64,000 bases of DNA from an uncultured delta proteobacterium (GTDB lineage: Bacteria; Myxococcota_A; Polyangia; Polyangiales; Polyangiaceae). Below are positions 9,830 to 21,124 of this stretch, piece after piece; position 1 is the stretch's first letter, and the number at the start of each line of letters is the position of its first letter. The stretch covers positions 480,001-544,000 of the forward strand of contig CAWJCS010000005.1 in the NCBI GenBank assembly GCA_963841435.1, written 5' to 3'. The position numbers and the translations under genes are program-made. The notes under the pieces are model-generated. The model worked only from the letters and a program-made list of their open reading frames with translations, made no database searches and had not been told where the DNA came from.

Positions 9830-12310
9830 GTGACCGAACAGGCGCTTTTACCCCTCGGCCTCACGGCCAGCGAGGCCCGGTCACGCCTTCGGACCTTCGG
9901 TCCAAATGCGCTGCCCGAAGAGAAGCGCCCGAGCTTCTTGCTCCGACTGGGGCGGCAGTTCCAAAACGCGCTGCTCTACCTTCTGCTCGTGGCGCTCGCT
10001 TTCGACGTCGCGGCGTGGATCTACAACGGAGCGCACGGCGCCCCCGTCGAGGCGCTGGCGATCCTCGCGGTGCTGATGCTGAACGCCGGCCTCGGTGTCG
10101 CGCAGGAGTACCGTTCGGAGCGTGCGCTCGACGAGCTGAAAAAGCTGGGATCGCCCCGCGTCTGGGCGTTGCGCGACGGCGAGCTCTCTCGCATCGACGC
10201 GCGCGAGCTCGTGCCGGGGGACGTGGTCAGGCTCGAGCCGGGCGACCGGGTACCCGCGGACGGAGCTGCGGCGGGCGCCGAGGCGCTCTCGGTCGACGAG
10301 TCGCTGCTCACGGGGGAATCGCTGCCCGTCGACAAGCCCGACGGCAGCGAGCTTTTCAGCGGTAGCGTCGTGATGCGCGGACGCGGCGATCTCGCGGTCT
10401 CGCGCACGGGGAAAGAGAGCACCATGGGGCGCCTCGCCGGCAGCCTCGCGGGCATCGAAGTCGGCAAGACGCCGCTCGAGCTGCGGATCGACGAGCTCGG
10501 CTCGAAGATCGCGCGCTACGTGGGAGCGCTGAGCTTTCTGCTCGTCGTCGGCGGCGTCTTGAGCCAGGGGGTCTCCCATTTTCCCAACGTCGTGATGTTC
10601 GCCGTCGCGTTCGGCGTCGCCGTCGTGCCGGAGAGCATGCCGGCCATGATGACGTTGGCGCTCGCTTTCGGCGTGCAACGCATGGCACGCCGCCGGGCGG
10701 TGGTGCGGCGGCTCAGCGCGGTCGAGGCGCTCGGCGCCGTCACGGTGATCGCCTCTGACAAGACGGGCACACTCACCTCGAACCAGATCGTCGTCGAGGC
10801 GCTCCACGCGGTCGACGAGGACGAAGCCTTGCTCGCGCTCGCCCTCGCCAACGACGCCGAGTATGGGCACGAAGCAGGTGACCCCCTCGAGCGCGCCCTG
10901 GTCGAGTACGCCCGGGGGCGCGGGGCCGATGTCCACGCGCTGCGCACGGCGTACCCGCGCGTTGCGAGCCGGCCGTTCGACAGCCGCTGGAAGTACATGC
11001 GCGTGTCCGTGATGGGCCAGGGGAGCGAGCCGAGGAGTTACGTGAAGGGCGCGGTCGAGGTCGTGCTCGAGCGCTCGCGAATCGACGCCGAGGCGCGCCG
11101 CTCGTGGCTCGAGCGAGCGGCCGAGCAGGCCGGGGCCGGCTACAAGGTGCTCGGCTTGGCGCGCGGCCGGCACGACGCCGAGACCGAGCTTTCGTTCCTG
11201 GGCTTCGTCACGCTCTGGGACCCTCCCCGTCCCGAGGCACGTCAGGCCGTCCAGGCGGCGAAGGACGCCGGTATCACCGTGCTGATGGTGACGGGCGATC
11301 ACCCCGAAACGGCGCGCGCGATCGGGGAGCGCGTCGGAATCGAATCGGCCCGCGTGCTCACCGGAGCCGACATCGAGGCTCTCTCGCCGGAAGAGATCGC
11401 CGCGTCGATCGACGGCGTGAGGATCTTTTCGCGCATGCTGCCCGAGCACAAGCTCCGCATCGTCGAGGCACTGCAGGCTCGCGGCGACGTGGTCGCGATG
11501 ACGGGCGACGGCCTCAACGACGCCCCGGCGCTCAAGCGGGCCGACGTGGGCGTCGCCATGGGTGAGCGCGGCAGCGAGGTGGCCCGCGAGGTGGCCGACG
11601 TCGTGCTGCTCGATGACAACTTCTCGACCATCGTGGCGGCGATCGAGGAAGGGCGCGTCATCTACGAAAACATCATGAACTTCATCCGCTACACGTTCTC
11701 GAGCAACGTGGCGCTCATGCTGCTCGTGCTCGGCGGCGCCGCGGGGTCGCTCATGCTCGGGCTGCGCACGGCCGACGGCGGGGTGCTCTTGCCGCTCACG
11801 GCTCTGCAGGTCTTGTGGATCAACTTCCTGGGCGACGGGCCACCCGCGCTCGCGCTGTCCGTCGATCGCAATCCACGCGTGATGCGGGCACCGCCCCGGG
11901 CGCGCAACAGCACCCTGCTCGACGCGCGCGCCGTCAAGTTCATCCTCGTCAACGGCGGATTCAAGGGAGCCGTGGGGCTCCTTTTGCTCGTGCTGCTGCC
12001 CCACTTCGGCGTCGGTCTACCGGCGACGGCCACGGTCGTCTTTCTGTACGAGTCGACGGCAAAGGTGCTGAGCGCCTACCCCGCACGCAAGATCGGCCCC
12101 TCGCCACAGATGAACCTCGCGCTGCACGCGTCGATCGCCGCTGGTGTGCTGCTCGGGTTCCTCTGTGTCCTCGTCGAGCCGCTACGCCGCACGCTGGGCC
12201 TCGCGTCGATCGGGCTCCACGAGGTCTGGCCACTCGGCGTTGCGACGCTCGTGACGGTCGCGAGCGGCGAGCTTTTGGCACGCTCGATCGGCCGACAAGC
12301 CAAGCAGTGA
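9830..12310 (+). CDS. Cation-transporting P2A-type ATPase
   Basis: GLTASEARSRL..GPNAL, TGES, DKTGT, KGAVE, TGD, GDGLNDAPALKRADVG, WINFLGDG; GTG start with GAAGGA RBS. Confidence 0.9.
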   Translation: MTEQALLPLGLTASEARSRLRTFGPNALPEEKRPSFLLRLGRQFQNALLYLLLVALAFDVAAWIYNGAHGAPVEALAILAVLMLNAGLGVAQEYRSERALDELKKLGSPRVWALRDGELSRIDARELVPGDVVRLEPGDRVPADGAAAGAEALSVDESLLTGESLPVDKPDGSELFSGSVVMRGRGDLAVSRTGKESTMGRLAGSLAGIEVGKTPLELRIDELGSKIARYVGALSFLLVVGGVLSQGVSHFPNVVMFAVAFGVAVVPESMPAMMTLALAFGVQRMARRRAVVRRLSAVEALGAVTVIASDKTGTLTSNQIVVEALHAVDEDEALLALALANDAEYGHEAGDPLERALVEYARGRGADVHALRTAYPRVASRPFDSRWKYMRVSVMGQGSEPRSYVKGAVEVVLERSRIDAEARRSWLERAAEQAGAGYKVLGLARGRHDAETELSFLGFVTLWDPPRPEARQAVQAAKDAGITVLMVTGDHPETARAIGERVGIESARVLTGADIEALSPEEIAASIDGVRIFSRMLPEHKLRIVEALQARGDVVAMTGDGLNDAPALKRADVGVAMGERGSEVAREVADVVLLDDNFSTIVAAIEEGRVIYENIMNFIRYTFSSNVALMLLVLGGAAGSLMLGLRTADGGVLLPLTALQVLWINFLGDGPPALALSVDRNPRVMRAPPRARNSTLLDARAVKFILVNGGFKGAVGLLLLVLLPHFGVGLPATATVVFLYESTAKVLSAYPARKIGPSPQMNLALHASIAAGVLLGFLCVLVEPLRRTLGLASIGLHEVWPLGVATLVTVASGELLARSIGRQAKQ

Positions 12311-12336
12311 CGAGCGAGGCGCGGGTTGCGCACGCG

Positions 12337-12517
12337 GCGCAGACTTTGCGCGGAACCGACGCTGGCGGCTTCGCAAGCGAGCGTCGCGGGGATGACCGCA
12401 GCGCCCAGGGGAGAAGGCCTGGATTTTCTCACTCGCACTATCTGCGCGAGCGAGCCGGAGCGCCGTCTACTCGTGCACAATTTGCAGCCACGGACAGCAT
12501 CGGCGCAAACCTTGCCG
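12337..12517. promoter_or_regulatory. Four copies of the GCGCA-N5-TGCGC-type palindrome
   Basis: GCGCA-GACTT-TGCGC 12337; TCGCA-CTATC-TGCGC 12433; GTGCA-CAATT-TGCAG 12473; GCGCA-AACCT-TGCCG 12503. Confidence 0.55.
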
Positions 12518-12559
12518 CACCAGGCGAACCCGTGTGCGAGATCCTCCTACGATCGGCGC

Positions 12560-12575
12560 TGGCACGCGTGATGCA
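12560..12575 (+). promoter_or_regulatory. Putative sigma54 promoter of the USP gene (possibly also ppsA)
   Basis: TGGCACGCGTGATGCA (GG-N10-GC). Confidence 0.7.
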
Positions 12576-12603
12576 CCTGTCGAGGCCGAAGGAGAACCAC
12601 GTC

Positions 12604-13260
12604 ATGACCGACAAGCCCTATGCCATCGTTTGCGCCGTCGATTATTCCCAAGCGGGTGATCTTGCGCTCGAACGGGCGTTCGAGCTCACCTCGGAACGTC
12701 CGCTGGCGCGTCTTCACGTCGTCAACGTTCTCCCGGTCTACCAGCCCGGCACGGCCACGGACGCCGCGTGGAGCGGTGCGCTGCCGTCAGTAGCGCAGGC
12801 CGCGGAGGAGCTACGCGGGTACGTCGAGCGGAAGAAGGCCGAGTACCGGGCGGCTCACGCCGGCCAGAACCTTCAATTCCTCGACACCGTGCTCGCCCAC
12901 CAGCGGGTGGAAGCACCCGCAGAAGAGATCGCTCAGCTCGCCGCCGATCTGGAAGCCGACCTCGTGGTCGTGGGAACCCACGGGCGCCGCGGGCTATCGC
13001 GGCTCGTGCTCGGCTCGGTAGCGGAAGCCACCGTGCGTCTGGCGCCCTGCCCCGTGCTCGTCGTGCGGCCGAAGGCCGTGCCGGCGCCCGTCCCGGCGAT
13101 CCAGCCACCCTGCCCGGTTTGCGTGGAAACGCGCAAGGCGACCGGCGGCAAGGAGATGTGGTGCGAGCAGCACCGCGAGCACCACGGCCAGCGCCACACG
13201 TACCACCAGGGCGACCGCGGGGGCGCCGACACGAACATGCCGCTCGTCGTGCACAGCTAG
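12604..13260 (+). CDS. Universal stress protein with Cys/His-rich C-terminal tail
   Basis: IVCAVDYS, ADLVVVGTHGRRGLSRLVLGSVAE..PCPVLVVR, then CPVC..WCEQHREHH tail; AAGGAG RBS. Confidence 0.88.
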   Translation: MTDKPYAIVCAVDYSQAGDLALERAFELTSERPLARLHVVNVLPVYQPGTATDAAWSGALPSVAQAAEELRGYVERKKAEYRAAHAGQNLQFLDTVLAHQRVEAPAEEIAQLAADLEADLVVVGTHGRRGLSRLVLGSVAEATVRLAPCPVLVVRPKAVPAPVPAIQPPCPVCVETRKATGGKEMWCEQHREHHGQRHTYHQGDRGGADTNMPLVVHS

Positions 13261-13415
13261 CCTCTGCCCAGCTCGTTCGCGACGGCTTCACGCTTCGTTC
13301 GCACTGAATGTCCGTCTCGAGCCGGCGGGCGTAATCCGCAACGCTCGTGGGGTGTGTCCCCGCGTGTGGCGGAGCTCGCCTCACCGGCGATTGAACCGAG
13401 GAGAGGAGAACCGCC

Positions 13416-15804
13416 GTGACGCAGCACATCATCCCGTTTCGCGAGCTCGACATCGGCCGCGTCAGCGAAGTCGGCGGCAAGAATGCTTCGCTCGGGGAGC
13501 TCATCCAGGCGCTCGAGCCGAAAGGCATCCGCGTACCGGACGGGTTCGCCATCACCGCGGAGGCCTTTCGGCTGCACCTGAGAAGGGCGGGGCTCGAGGA
13601 GCGTATCTATCCGGAGCTCGAAAAGCTCGACGTGGCGGACCTCTCACGCGCTCGCCGAGGTCTGCTCGGGCGTGCGCGAGGCCGTGCGGTCTGCGCCGCT
13701 GCCGCCGGAGCTCGAGGCCCGCATCCTCGAAGCCTACCGCGCCTTCTCCAAGCGGTACGAGGAGGACGAGACCGACGTCGCCGTGCGCTCGAGCGCGACG
13801 GCCGAAGACCTTCCGACGGCGTCGTTCGCGGGGCAGCAGGAGACGTACCTCAACGTACGCGGCGGGGAGAAGCTCGTGCAGGCCGTGCGCGACTGCATGG
13901 CATCGCTCTTCACCGATCGCGCGGTCGTTTATCGCAGCGAGCGCGGTTTTTCGCATCGCGATGTCGCGCTGTCCGTCGGCGTCCAGAAGATGGTGCGGAG
14001 CGATCTCGGCTCGGCAGGAGTGATCTTCACCCTCGACACGGAGACGGGCTTTCGCGACGTCGTGGTGCTCACGGGAGCCTTCGGTCTCGGCGAGACCGTC
14101 GTGCAGGGCCGCGTCGATCCCGACGAGTTCTGGGTCCACAAGCCGGCGCTCGCGAAGGGCTGTGCGGCCATCATTCGGCGCGAGCTCGGCGAGAAGGACG
14201 TGCGCCTCGTCTACGGTAGCGGCGGAAACCAGGCGCTCGTCGAGGAGCGCGTGCCGCGCGAGCTTCGACAGAAGCCGATCCTCGAGGATGCCGAGATCCT
14301 CGAGCTTGCCCGCTGGGCGGTCCGCATCGAAGCGCACTACTCGGCGCGCGCCGGCCACCCGATGCCCATGGACATCGAGTGGGCCAAGGACGGCCGCACC
14401 GGGAAACTCTACATCGTCCAGGCGCGGCCCGAGACCGTGCACGCGCAGAGCGGACCACCGAAGTTCGAGATGTTCCGACTGCGTGGCAAGGGCCGCCTGC
14501 TGGTTCAGGGCAAGAGCGTCGGCAGCAAGATAGGCCATGGCAGGGCCCGCGTCGTGCACTCGCCGAGCGAGCTGTCGTCGTTCCGCGCGGGCGAGGTGCT
14601 CGTCGCGGCGATGACGGACCCGGACTGGGAGCCGGTGCTCAAGCACGCCGCCGCCGTGGTGACGGATCACGGCGGGCGCACCTGCCACGCCGCCATCGTC
14701 TCGCGCGAGCTGGGCATCCCCTGCGTCGTCGGCACGGGCGATGCCACGTCGACACTCGTCACGGGCGACGAGCTCACCGTGTCGTGCGCCGAGGGCGACG
14801 AGGGCAAGGTCTACGCGGGGCGGGTCGAGTTCGACCGCACGGAGGTGGACCCCGCGACGCTGCCGACCCCGCGCGTGCCCGTGATGCTCAACGTCGGCAA
14901 CCCCGAGTCGGCGTTCCTGCTCGGCCAGCTCCCGAGCGACGGTGTAGGCCTGTTGCGTATCGAGTTCTTGGTCTCGAGCTGGGTCGGGATCCACCCCATG
15001 GCGCTCGTGCACCCCGAGCGCATCGAGGAGCCGGCGGTCCTCGCCGAGGTCAAGCGGCGCAGCGCCGGACACGCGAGCCCCGCCGAATTCTTCGTCGATC
15101 GCCTCGCCACGGGCGTCGCGCAGATTGCCGCGGCGTTCTACCCGCGGCCCGTCATCGTGCGCTTCTCCGACTTCAAGACCAACGAGTACGCGGGGCTCGT
15201 CGGCGGCAGGGCCTTCGAGCCCGTCGAGGACAATCCCATGATCGGTTTCCGTGGCGCCTCGCGCTACTACGACGAGCGCTACCGCGAGGGCTTCGCACTC
15301 GAGTGCCGCGCCATGCGCCGCGTGCGCGAGGACATGGGGCTCACCAACGTGAAGCTGATGATCCCGTTCTGCCGCACGCTCGGAGAGGGCCGCGCCGTGC
15401 TCGCCGAGCTCGAGAAGAACGGCCTGCGACGCGGCGACCACGACCTCGAGGTGTACGTGATGTGCGAGATCCCGAACAACGTGATCCTCGCCGAGGAGTT
15501 CGCCGACCTGTTCGACGGCTTCTCGATCGGCTCGAACGATCTGACGCAGTTGACGCTCGGCATCGATCGGGACTCCGAGCTTTTGGCGTCGCTCTTCGAC
15601 GAGCAGGACCCCGGCGTGAAGCGCTCCATCGCGCTCGTCATCGAGCGCGCCCACGCGAAGCGCCGCAAGGTAGGGCTGTGCGGCCAGGCGCCGAGCGACC
15701 ACCCGGAATTCGCCGAGTTCTTGGCGTCGGCTGGCATCGATTCGATCTCGGTGACGCCCGACGCGCTGCCGCGCGTGCTCGAGGTACTCGCGATTTCCAA
15801 ATAA
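13416..15804 (+). CDS. ppsA: Phosphoenolpyruvate synthase (frameshift near 13644)
   Basis: VGGKNASLGE in first frame; AVRSSATAED..SFAGQ, GGRTCHAAIVSRE, NPMIGFRG, IGSNDL, CGQ in second frame; one extra base at GACCTC-T-CACGCG. Confidence 0.92.
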
Positions 15805-15862
15805 GCGGGTAGCGGCGGGTTCTGCTTGCAGGCGCGGCGGAGCATGAGAAAAAGGGAGCGCC

Positions 15863-17119
15863 GTGGAGGAAAGCAAGGCACGAAAGCCGACGTGGACGCG
15901 CGCGCGCGTCCTCGCGTTCGCCGTGGGCGCCGCGCTGGTGCTGCTCGGTGCGAGCGCCTGGCGGACCTTCGTCGACGATACGGCGCTCCGGCTGGTGTTC
16001 GAGTCGCCGTATCAGGGCCGCTGCAAGCAGATCGTGACGCGCTCCGCGATCGATCGCTCGGTCGAGCTCGGCACACGCTTCCTGCTCGTCCACCAAAAGC
16101 CCGAAGGTAATTTCGACTACGAGTACGACTGGCGGGAGAAGCGCTACTCGAGCGATGACAACGAGGTACGGCAGGCAGGGGCGCTCTGGGGTCTCGCGCT
16201 CCTCTACCGGGATCACCCGACGGCTGAGCTCGGCGCGGCGGTCGAGCGAGGCCTCGCGTTCTTCGAAAAGCACGCGCGCGCGGCCGGGGGGGCGCGCTGC
16301 ATCGCGTACCCGGGCCGTGCCGAGCCGGGGATCGGCACCGTGGCGCTCGTCGCGTTGAGCTACATCGAGTACCTGGCCACGCCGGGGGCCGCGATCGCTC
16401 CGCCCCTGCGCGCCATGCACGAGCAGCGGCTCGCGGGCTACCTCGCCGAGCTTCAGGCCGGCGCGAATCCGGACGGCCTCTTTTTCGGGGTGTACGACGC
16501 CGCGACCTGCGCCCCCCGCGGCGCACCCTCACCCTACTCGGACGGCGAGGCACTGCTCGCGTTGATCAAGGCCGCGAAGTACCTGGGCCACGGCGAGCTC
16601 CGGCCGCTCGCCCTTCGCACGGCGGATGCCGGTCACCGCCTGAACATCGAGCAAGCGCGCGAGGATGAAGACGATTCCGATGTCACGAAGGGCTATTACC
16701 AGTGGAGCTCGATGGCCTTCTACGAGCTCGCGACGAGCGGTTGGCCCGACACGGACCGCTTCGCTCCCTGGGTGCTCGATCTCGCCGACTGGCAAATCGA
16801 CGTCCACAAGACCCTCACGCGTCGCCGCAACACCGGCTACGCCTACGAGGGGCTGATCCCCGCCTACGATCTCGCGCGTCGCCGAGGTGACGCGACGCGC
16901 GCCGCGAAGTACCGCTGCGTGATCGACCTTGGCCTCGGACGGCTTCTTTCGTGGCAGGTGGGTGGGCCCATGGCGTCGAGCTACACCGCCGCCGTCGACG
17001 CGGGCGACCGTGCAGCCGTCGGCGGCGTGCAGAACGCCAAGGACGAGCCGGCCTTGCGCATCGACGTGACGCAGCACCAGCTCCACGCGCTCTTGTACGC
17101 GCGCGCGCTCGTCTACTGA
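15863..17119 (+). CDS. Membrane-anchored hypothetical protein, probable alpha/alpha-toroid fold
   Basis: N-terminal TM; repeated helical pattern with GNFDYEYD, NEVRQAG, YSDGEALLAL, RIDVTQH. Confidence 0.6.
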   Translation: MEESKARKPTWTRARVLAFAVGAALVLLGASAWRTFVDDTALRLVFESPYQGRCKQIVTRSAIDRSVELGTRFLLVHQKPEGNFDYEYDWREKRYSSDDNEVRQAGALWGLALLYRDHPTAELGAAVERGLAFFEKHARAAGGARCIAYPGRAEPGIGTVALVALSYIEYLATPGAAIAPPLRAMHEQRLAGYLAELQAGANPDGLFFGVYDAATCAPRGAPSPYSDGEALLALIKAAKYLGHGELRPLALRTADAGHRLNIEQAREDEDDSDVTKGYYQWSSMAFYELATSGWPDTDRFAPWVLDLADWQIDVHKTLTRRRNTGYAYEGLIPAYDLARRRGDATRAAKYRCVIDLGLGRLLSWQVGGPMASSYTAAVDAGDRAAVGGVQNAKDEPALRIDVTQHQLHALLYARALVY

Positions 17120-17215
17120 ACGGCGACACGCGAAGCACCAGCCATACTCCGCCCCATTGTCGTTTGGCGTGGCTGTTTCGCCGGATGGGTCGTCCCAAGG
17201 CACATCGAGCAGCGA

Positions 17216-17674
17216 CTACGACGGCGGCTCGGGCTCCCCGAGGTATTCGGCGAGCATGGCGGCCTCGGCGCGCTCGTGAACGCGAAATCGCGCGACGAGC
17301 TCGACAGCCCCTGCGGCGAGCGACTCCCCACCGTCGTCCATCCTCGTGAGCGAATCGAGGTGCGCCAGGGAATCGCGCATCGCGGCATGATCGGCCCTGA
17401 GGTCGACGATCGCCGGCAAGAGCGACGGCCGATCCGCCGAGATCGTCTCGAAGTGCGCCGGCCCTTCCTCGGCGGCGAAGTGCTCCTCGAGCTCTAGGCG
17501 CGAGAGGCGCAAGAGGCCGTGCAGGGACTCGGTGGGGTCCGTCGGCCGGCGCTCGAGGTCGAGCACCGTGCGCGCTGCCTCGTCGAGGCGATGCAGCAGA
17601 GCCGCGAGGCTCTGGTGCTGGGCGTGCACGAGCGTGAGGCGGCCGAAGAGGCTCGGTGGCGTGTATCCCATCAT
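17216..17674 (-). CDS. Hemerythrin-like (HHE) domain protein
   Basis: H..HQ, EEHFAAEE, ADH, HERAE di-iron ligand pattern; GGAGG RBS. Confidence 0.8.
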   Translation of the reverse strand: MMGYTPPSLFGRLTLVHAQHQSLAALLHRLDEAARTVLDLERRPTDPTESLHGLLRLSRLELEEHFAAEEGPAHFETISADRPSLLPAIVDLRADHAAMRDSLAHLDSLTRMDDGGESLAAGAVELVARFRVHERAEAAMLAEYLGEPEPPS

Positions 17675-17810
17675 GGCGAGAACCCTCCACCGTCGCGAAT
17701 GGCGCCATAGCGGTTGGCGCGCGCACGACTCCAGGCTATCAGAGCCGCAGACTCGGGAGCACGGAGACTCTTTGTGCGCTTTTTCACGGCTACCTCGCTC
17801 GCCTCATCGA

Positions 17811-17826
17811 AGCACGAGGCATGCCA
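17811..17826 (-). promoter_or_regulatory. Putative sigma54 promoter of the hemerythrin gene
   Basis: Minus strand TGGCATGCCTCGTGCT (GG-N10-GC); palindrome GCGCA-GAATC-TGCCG upstream at 17923-17937. Confidence 0.6.
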
Positions 17827-18033
17827 GCGGCCCGTCCTTCGCGCCGCGCTCGCACGCTATGCACAAAGCTCGCAACGCTGCCGAGGAGCGCCTGGCGCCA
17901 CGCGACGCAGCACTCGTGGAGCGCGCAGAATCTGCCGCTCCGAAGCGTCTTCGCGCGAGATGCGCGTGCGTATTTCGACACCCGTCGGGTTTACCGAGTG
18001 AAGAGAGGACTTACGTTGCCCGCTAGAAGGATC

Positions 18034-19164
18034 ATGCGCGACGAGAAGAAAGAGCCTGCGGCGATTTTGATCGTCGACGACAACGCGGACAATCGCGCGC
18101 TCGCGAGCGCGACGCTCGAGGGCGAAGACTACCGCGTCGCTTCGGTATCGAGCGGCGAAGAGGCGCTGCGCGCCCTCGGAGAGGACCACTTCGACTGCGT
18201 GCTTCTCGACGTGCGCATGCCGGGAATGGACGGGTTCGAGGTATGCTCGCGCATTCGAGCGCTGCCTGGGGGCTCGCAGCTGCCCGTCGTGTTCCTCACC
18301 GCGCTGCGCGACGTTGACACCTTCGATGCCGCCGTCCGGGCAGGCGGCGACGACTTTCTCACGAAGCCCGTGCGCCCCACCGAGCTCGCGCTGCGCGTGC
18401 AGTCGGCACTGCGCCTGCGTCGACTCCACGCGACGAGCCAGGAGTACTACGAGCTGGCGCGCCGGCAGCGCGACGACCTCCTGCGCCTGCAGCTCCAGCA
18501 AGAGCGCCTCATGGCGTTCGTCGTTCACGACCTCAAAAACCCGGTCAGCACCGTGGATCTGCACGCCCAGCTGCTGCTGCGCGACAAGGAGCTGCCCGAG
18601 CGGCTGCGCCCCGCCGCTCAGGGCATCCGCGACGAGGTGCGAAGCCTCATGCGGCTCATCGTCAACCTGCTCGACATCAGCAAGGGCGAGGAAGGCAAGC
18701 TCACTCCGAATGCTGTCACGGTCGAGCTCGAACGGCTCGCGGGCGAGGTGCTCGAGTCAGTGAGCCCCATCGCGCGCACCGCCGAGGTAGCGCTCGAGCT
18801 CCGGCTCGAGGCCGCCGCGGCCAAGGCGGATCCGGACCTTTTGCGACGCGTCCTCGAGAACCTCGTGGAGAACGCCGTGCGCCACGCGCCCGAAGGCTCG
18901 ACCGTGCGGGTGACGAGCCGGGCCGCCGACGGTGGCGTCGAGATTCGCGTGGCGGACGAGGGACCGGGCGTTCCCGAGAACCTTCGCGAGGCCATCTTCG
19001 ATCGCTTCGTGCAGGGCGCCTCCGCCAAGCGCACGGCTCGCTCGGGGCGCGGGCTCGGGCTGGCTTTTTGCCGCATGGCAGCCGAGGCGCACGACGGTCG
19101 CATCTGGATCGAGGACGGCGCGCCCGGCGCGGTCTTCGCAGTATGGTTGCCCGATGGCGAGTGA
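18034..19164 (+). CDS. Hybrid histidine kinase (REC-HisKA-HATPase)
   Basis: ILIVDD..LLDVRMP..KP receiver; VHDLKNP H-box; ENAVRH, DEGPG, GLGL. Confidence 0.9.
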   Translation: MRDEKKEPAAILIVDDNADNRALASATLEGEDYRVASVSSGEEALRALGEDHFDCVLLDVRMPGMDGFEVCSRIRALPGGSQLPVVFLTALRDVDTFDAAVRAGGDDFLTKPVRPTELALRVQSALRLRRLHATSQEYYELARRQRDDLLRLQLQQERLMAFVVHDLKNPVSTVDLHAQLLLRDKELPERLRPAAQGIRDEVRSLMRLIVNLLDISKGEEGKLTPNAVTVELERLAGEVLESVSPIARTAEVALELRLEAAAAKADPDLLRRVLENLVENAVRHAPEGSTVRVTSRAADGGVEIRVADEGPGVPENLREAIFDRFVQGASAKRTARSGRGLGLAFCRMAAEAHDGRIWIEDGAPGAVFAVWLPDGE

Positions 19165-21124
19165 CGACGCGACCTCCGGGGTCGCCACGTTCGGCGACCA
19201 GCTCTTTCAGCGACTCCTCGAAACCGCGCCCGATGCCATCGTCGTCGTCGACAGGAACGGCCGCATCGTGCTCGTCAACGCCCAGACCGAGCGCCTCTTC
19301 GGTCACCGCCGCGAGGAGCTCATCGATGCCTCCGTCGAAGTCCTGATCCCGAACCGTTATCGGGACACGCATCCGATCCACCGCCGCGGCTACGGCGCCG
19401 GTCCGGTCCCGCGCGGCATGGGCTCGGGGGTCGAGCTCTACGGGCTACGCAAGGACGGCAGCGAGTTTCCCGTCGAGATCAGCCTGAGCCCGCTGGAAAC
19501 GCCGAGCGGCCTGCTCGTCTCGAGCGCCATTCGTGACATCAGCGATCGCAAGCGCGCCGAGGCCACGGCGCGCCTCGCCACGGATCGCCTGCTCAGCGCG
19601 ATCGAGAGCATCCAGGGAGGCCTCTCGCTCTTCGATGCCCGCGATCAGCTGGTCCTTTGCAACAGTGCGTGCCGCGAGCTCTTCGGGTCTGGCATCGAGG
19701 GGGCCATCGTCGGGCGCACGTTCGCGGAGATCCTCGACGCGAACCTCGACGCCGGCTTCTTCGAGCTCGGCGACGAGCCGCCGGAGGCCTTCCGGGCGCG
19801 CGCGCTCGCGTACCACGAAAACCCCATTGGCTCGCTCGACGTGAAAACCAGCGACGGGCGCAGCCTGCGCCTCACGCACCGGCGCACCCTCGAGGGCGGC
19901 ATCGTCTCAACGGCGCTCGACATGACGGAGGACGCCGCGCACGAGGCGGAGCTCAAGCGCGCTCACCAGCAGGCCGAGGCGGCCAACGCGGCCAAAAGCG
20001 AGTTTCTTGCCTCGATGAGCCACGAGCTCAGAACACCGCTGAACTCCGTGCTCGGGTTCGCGCAGCTGTTGCAGCTCGATAAGAAGACCCCACTCAACGA
20101 GCGCCAGCGCGAGAAAGTGGACCACGTCATCAAGGGCGGCGAGCACCTCCTGCACCTCATCGACGACATTCTCGATCTGTCGCGCATCGAGGCCGGACGC
20201 GTGCTCATCTCGCCGGAGACGGTGGGAGTCGCCGAGGTGTTGCTCGAGGTGCAATCGACGCTCGACCCGATGGCGGAGCGCGCCGGCGTGAGCTTCACCG
20301 TGGCCCCGCTGCCCTCGACCGCGCTCGACGTGATCGCGGACCGCACCCGTTTTTCGCAGATCCTCATCAACTACGGCTCGAACGCCATCAAGTACGGACA
20401 GCCGGGCGGCCACGTCGTTTTGCGCGTGTCGATGCCCACTCCGAGCTGCATTCGCGTCGGCGTCGTCGACGACGGCATGGGTATCCCTCGGGAGCATCAA
20501 GAGAAGATCTTTCAGCCGTTCCATCGCGCGGGTCAGGAGACGGGGCCAATCCAGGGAACCGGCATCGGGCTCGCCATCACGAAGCGCCTCGCCGAGCTCA
20601 TGGGGGGCACGGTCGGATTCGCGAGCACTCCCGGCGAAGGCTCCGAGTTCTGGGTGGAGCTCCCCGTGCCTGCCGTCGCGCCGAGCTCGCCACCGCCGCG
20701 AGCCCAGGTACGCGCCGCACGCTCCGCGATCGAAGGCGCCAGTCGGTCGTTCACGATCGTGTACATCGAAGACAACCCTTCGAACATCGCGTTCATGCAG
20801 GAGCTCGTCGCCGAGCTCGAGCCCGTGACGCTGATCCCAGCGCCCACGGCAGAGGTCGGTATCGCCATCGTGCGCGCCAAACTGCCCGACGTCGTCATCA
20901 TGGACATCAACCTGCCCGGCATGAGCGGCTACGAGGCGACGCACCAGCTCGCGGAGTGGCCCGAGACGCGCGACATCCCCGTGATTGCGCTCACGGCCGC
21001 CGCCATGCTCGGTGATCGCAGGCGCGCGGAGCAGACCGGCTTTTACCGCTATCTCACGAAGCCCGTGAAGGTTCCGGAGCTGCTTCAGACGCTCGAAGAG
21101 ATCTTCAGCGGCGCCGACGATTGA
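19154..21124 (+). CDS. Hybrid histidine kinase (FixL-like PAS, PAS, HisKA, HATPase, REC)
   Basis: [55 protein letters not shown] receiver. Confidence 0.9.
   Translation: MASDDATSGVATFGDQLFQRLLETAPDAIVVVDRNGRIVLVNAQTERLFGHRREELIDASVEVLIPNRYRDTHPIHRRGYGAGPVPRGMGSGVELYGLRKDGSEFPVEISLSPLETPSGLLVSSAIRDISDRKRAEATARLATDRLLSAIESIQGGLSLFDARDQLVLCNSACRELFGSGIEGAIVGRTFAEILDANLDAGFFELGDEPPEAFRARALAYHENPIGSLDVKTSDGRSLRLTHRRTLEGGIVSTALDMTEDAAHEAELKRAHQQAEAANAAKSEFLASMSHELRTPLNSVLGFAQLLQLDKKTPLNERQREKVDHVIKGGEHLLHLIDDILDLSRIEAGRVLISPETVGVAEVLLEVQSTLDPMAERAGVSFTVAPLPSTALDVIADRTRFSQILINYGSNAIKYGQPGGHVVLRVSMPTPSCIRVGVVDDGMGIPREHQEKIFQPFHRAGQETGPIQGTGIGLAITKRLAELMGGTVGFASTPGEGSEFWVELPVPAVAPSSPPPRAQVRAARSAIEGASRSFTIVYIEDNPSNIAFMQELVAELEPVTLIPAPTAEVGIAIVRAKLPDVVIMDINLPGMSGYEATHQLAEWPETRDIPVIALTAAAMLGDRRRAEQTGFYRYLTKPVKVPELLQTLEEIFSGADD

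Noticed and set aside
9625-9830. FNR/FixK box (TTGAT-N4-ATCAA) expected upstream of ccoN
   Set aside because: No match seen
9881-15876. Long antisense ORFs (707 aa, 774 aa, and similar ones opposite cysN, GH30 and the cyclase)
   Set aside because: Typical high-GC antisense shadows of real genes, with no recognisable motifs
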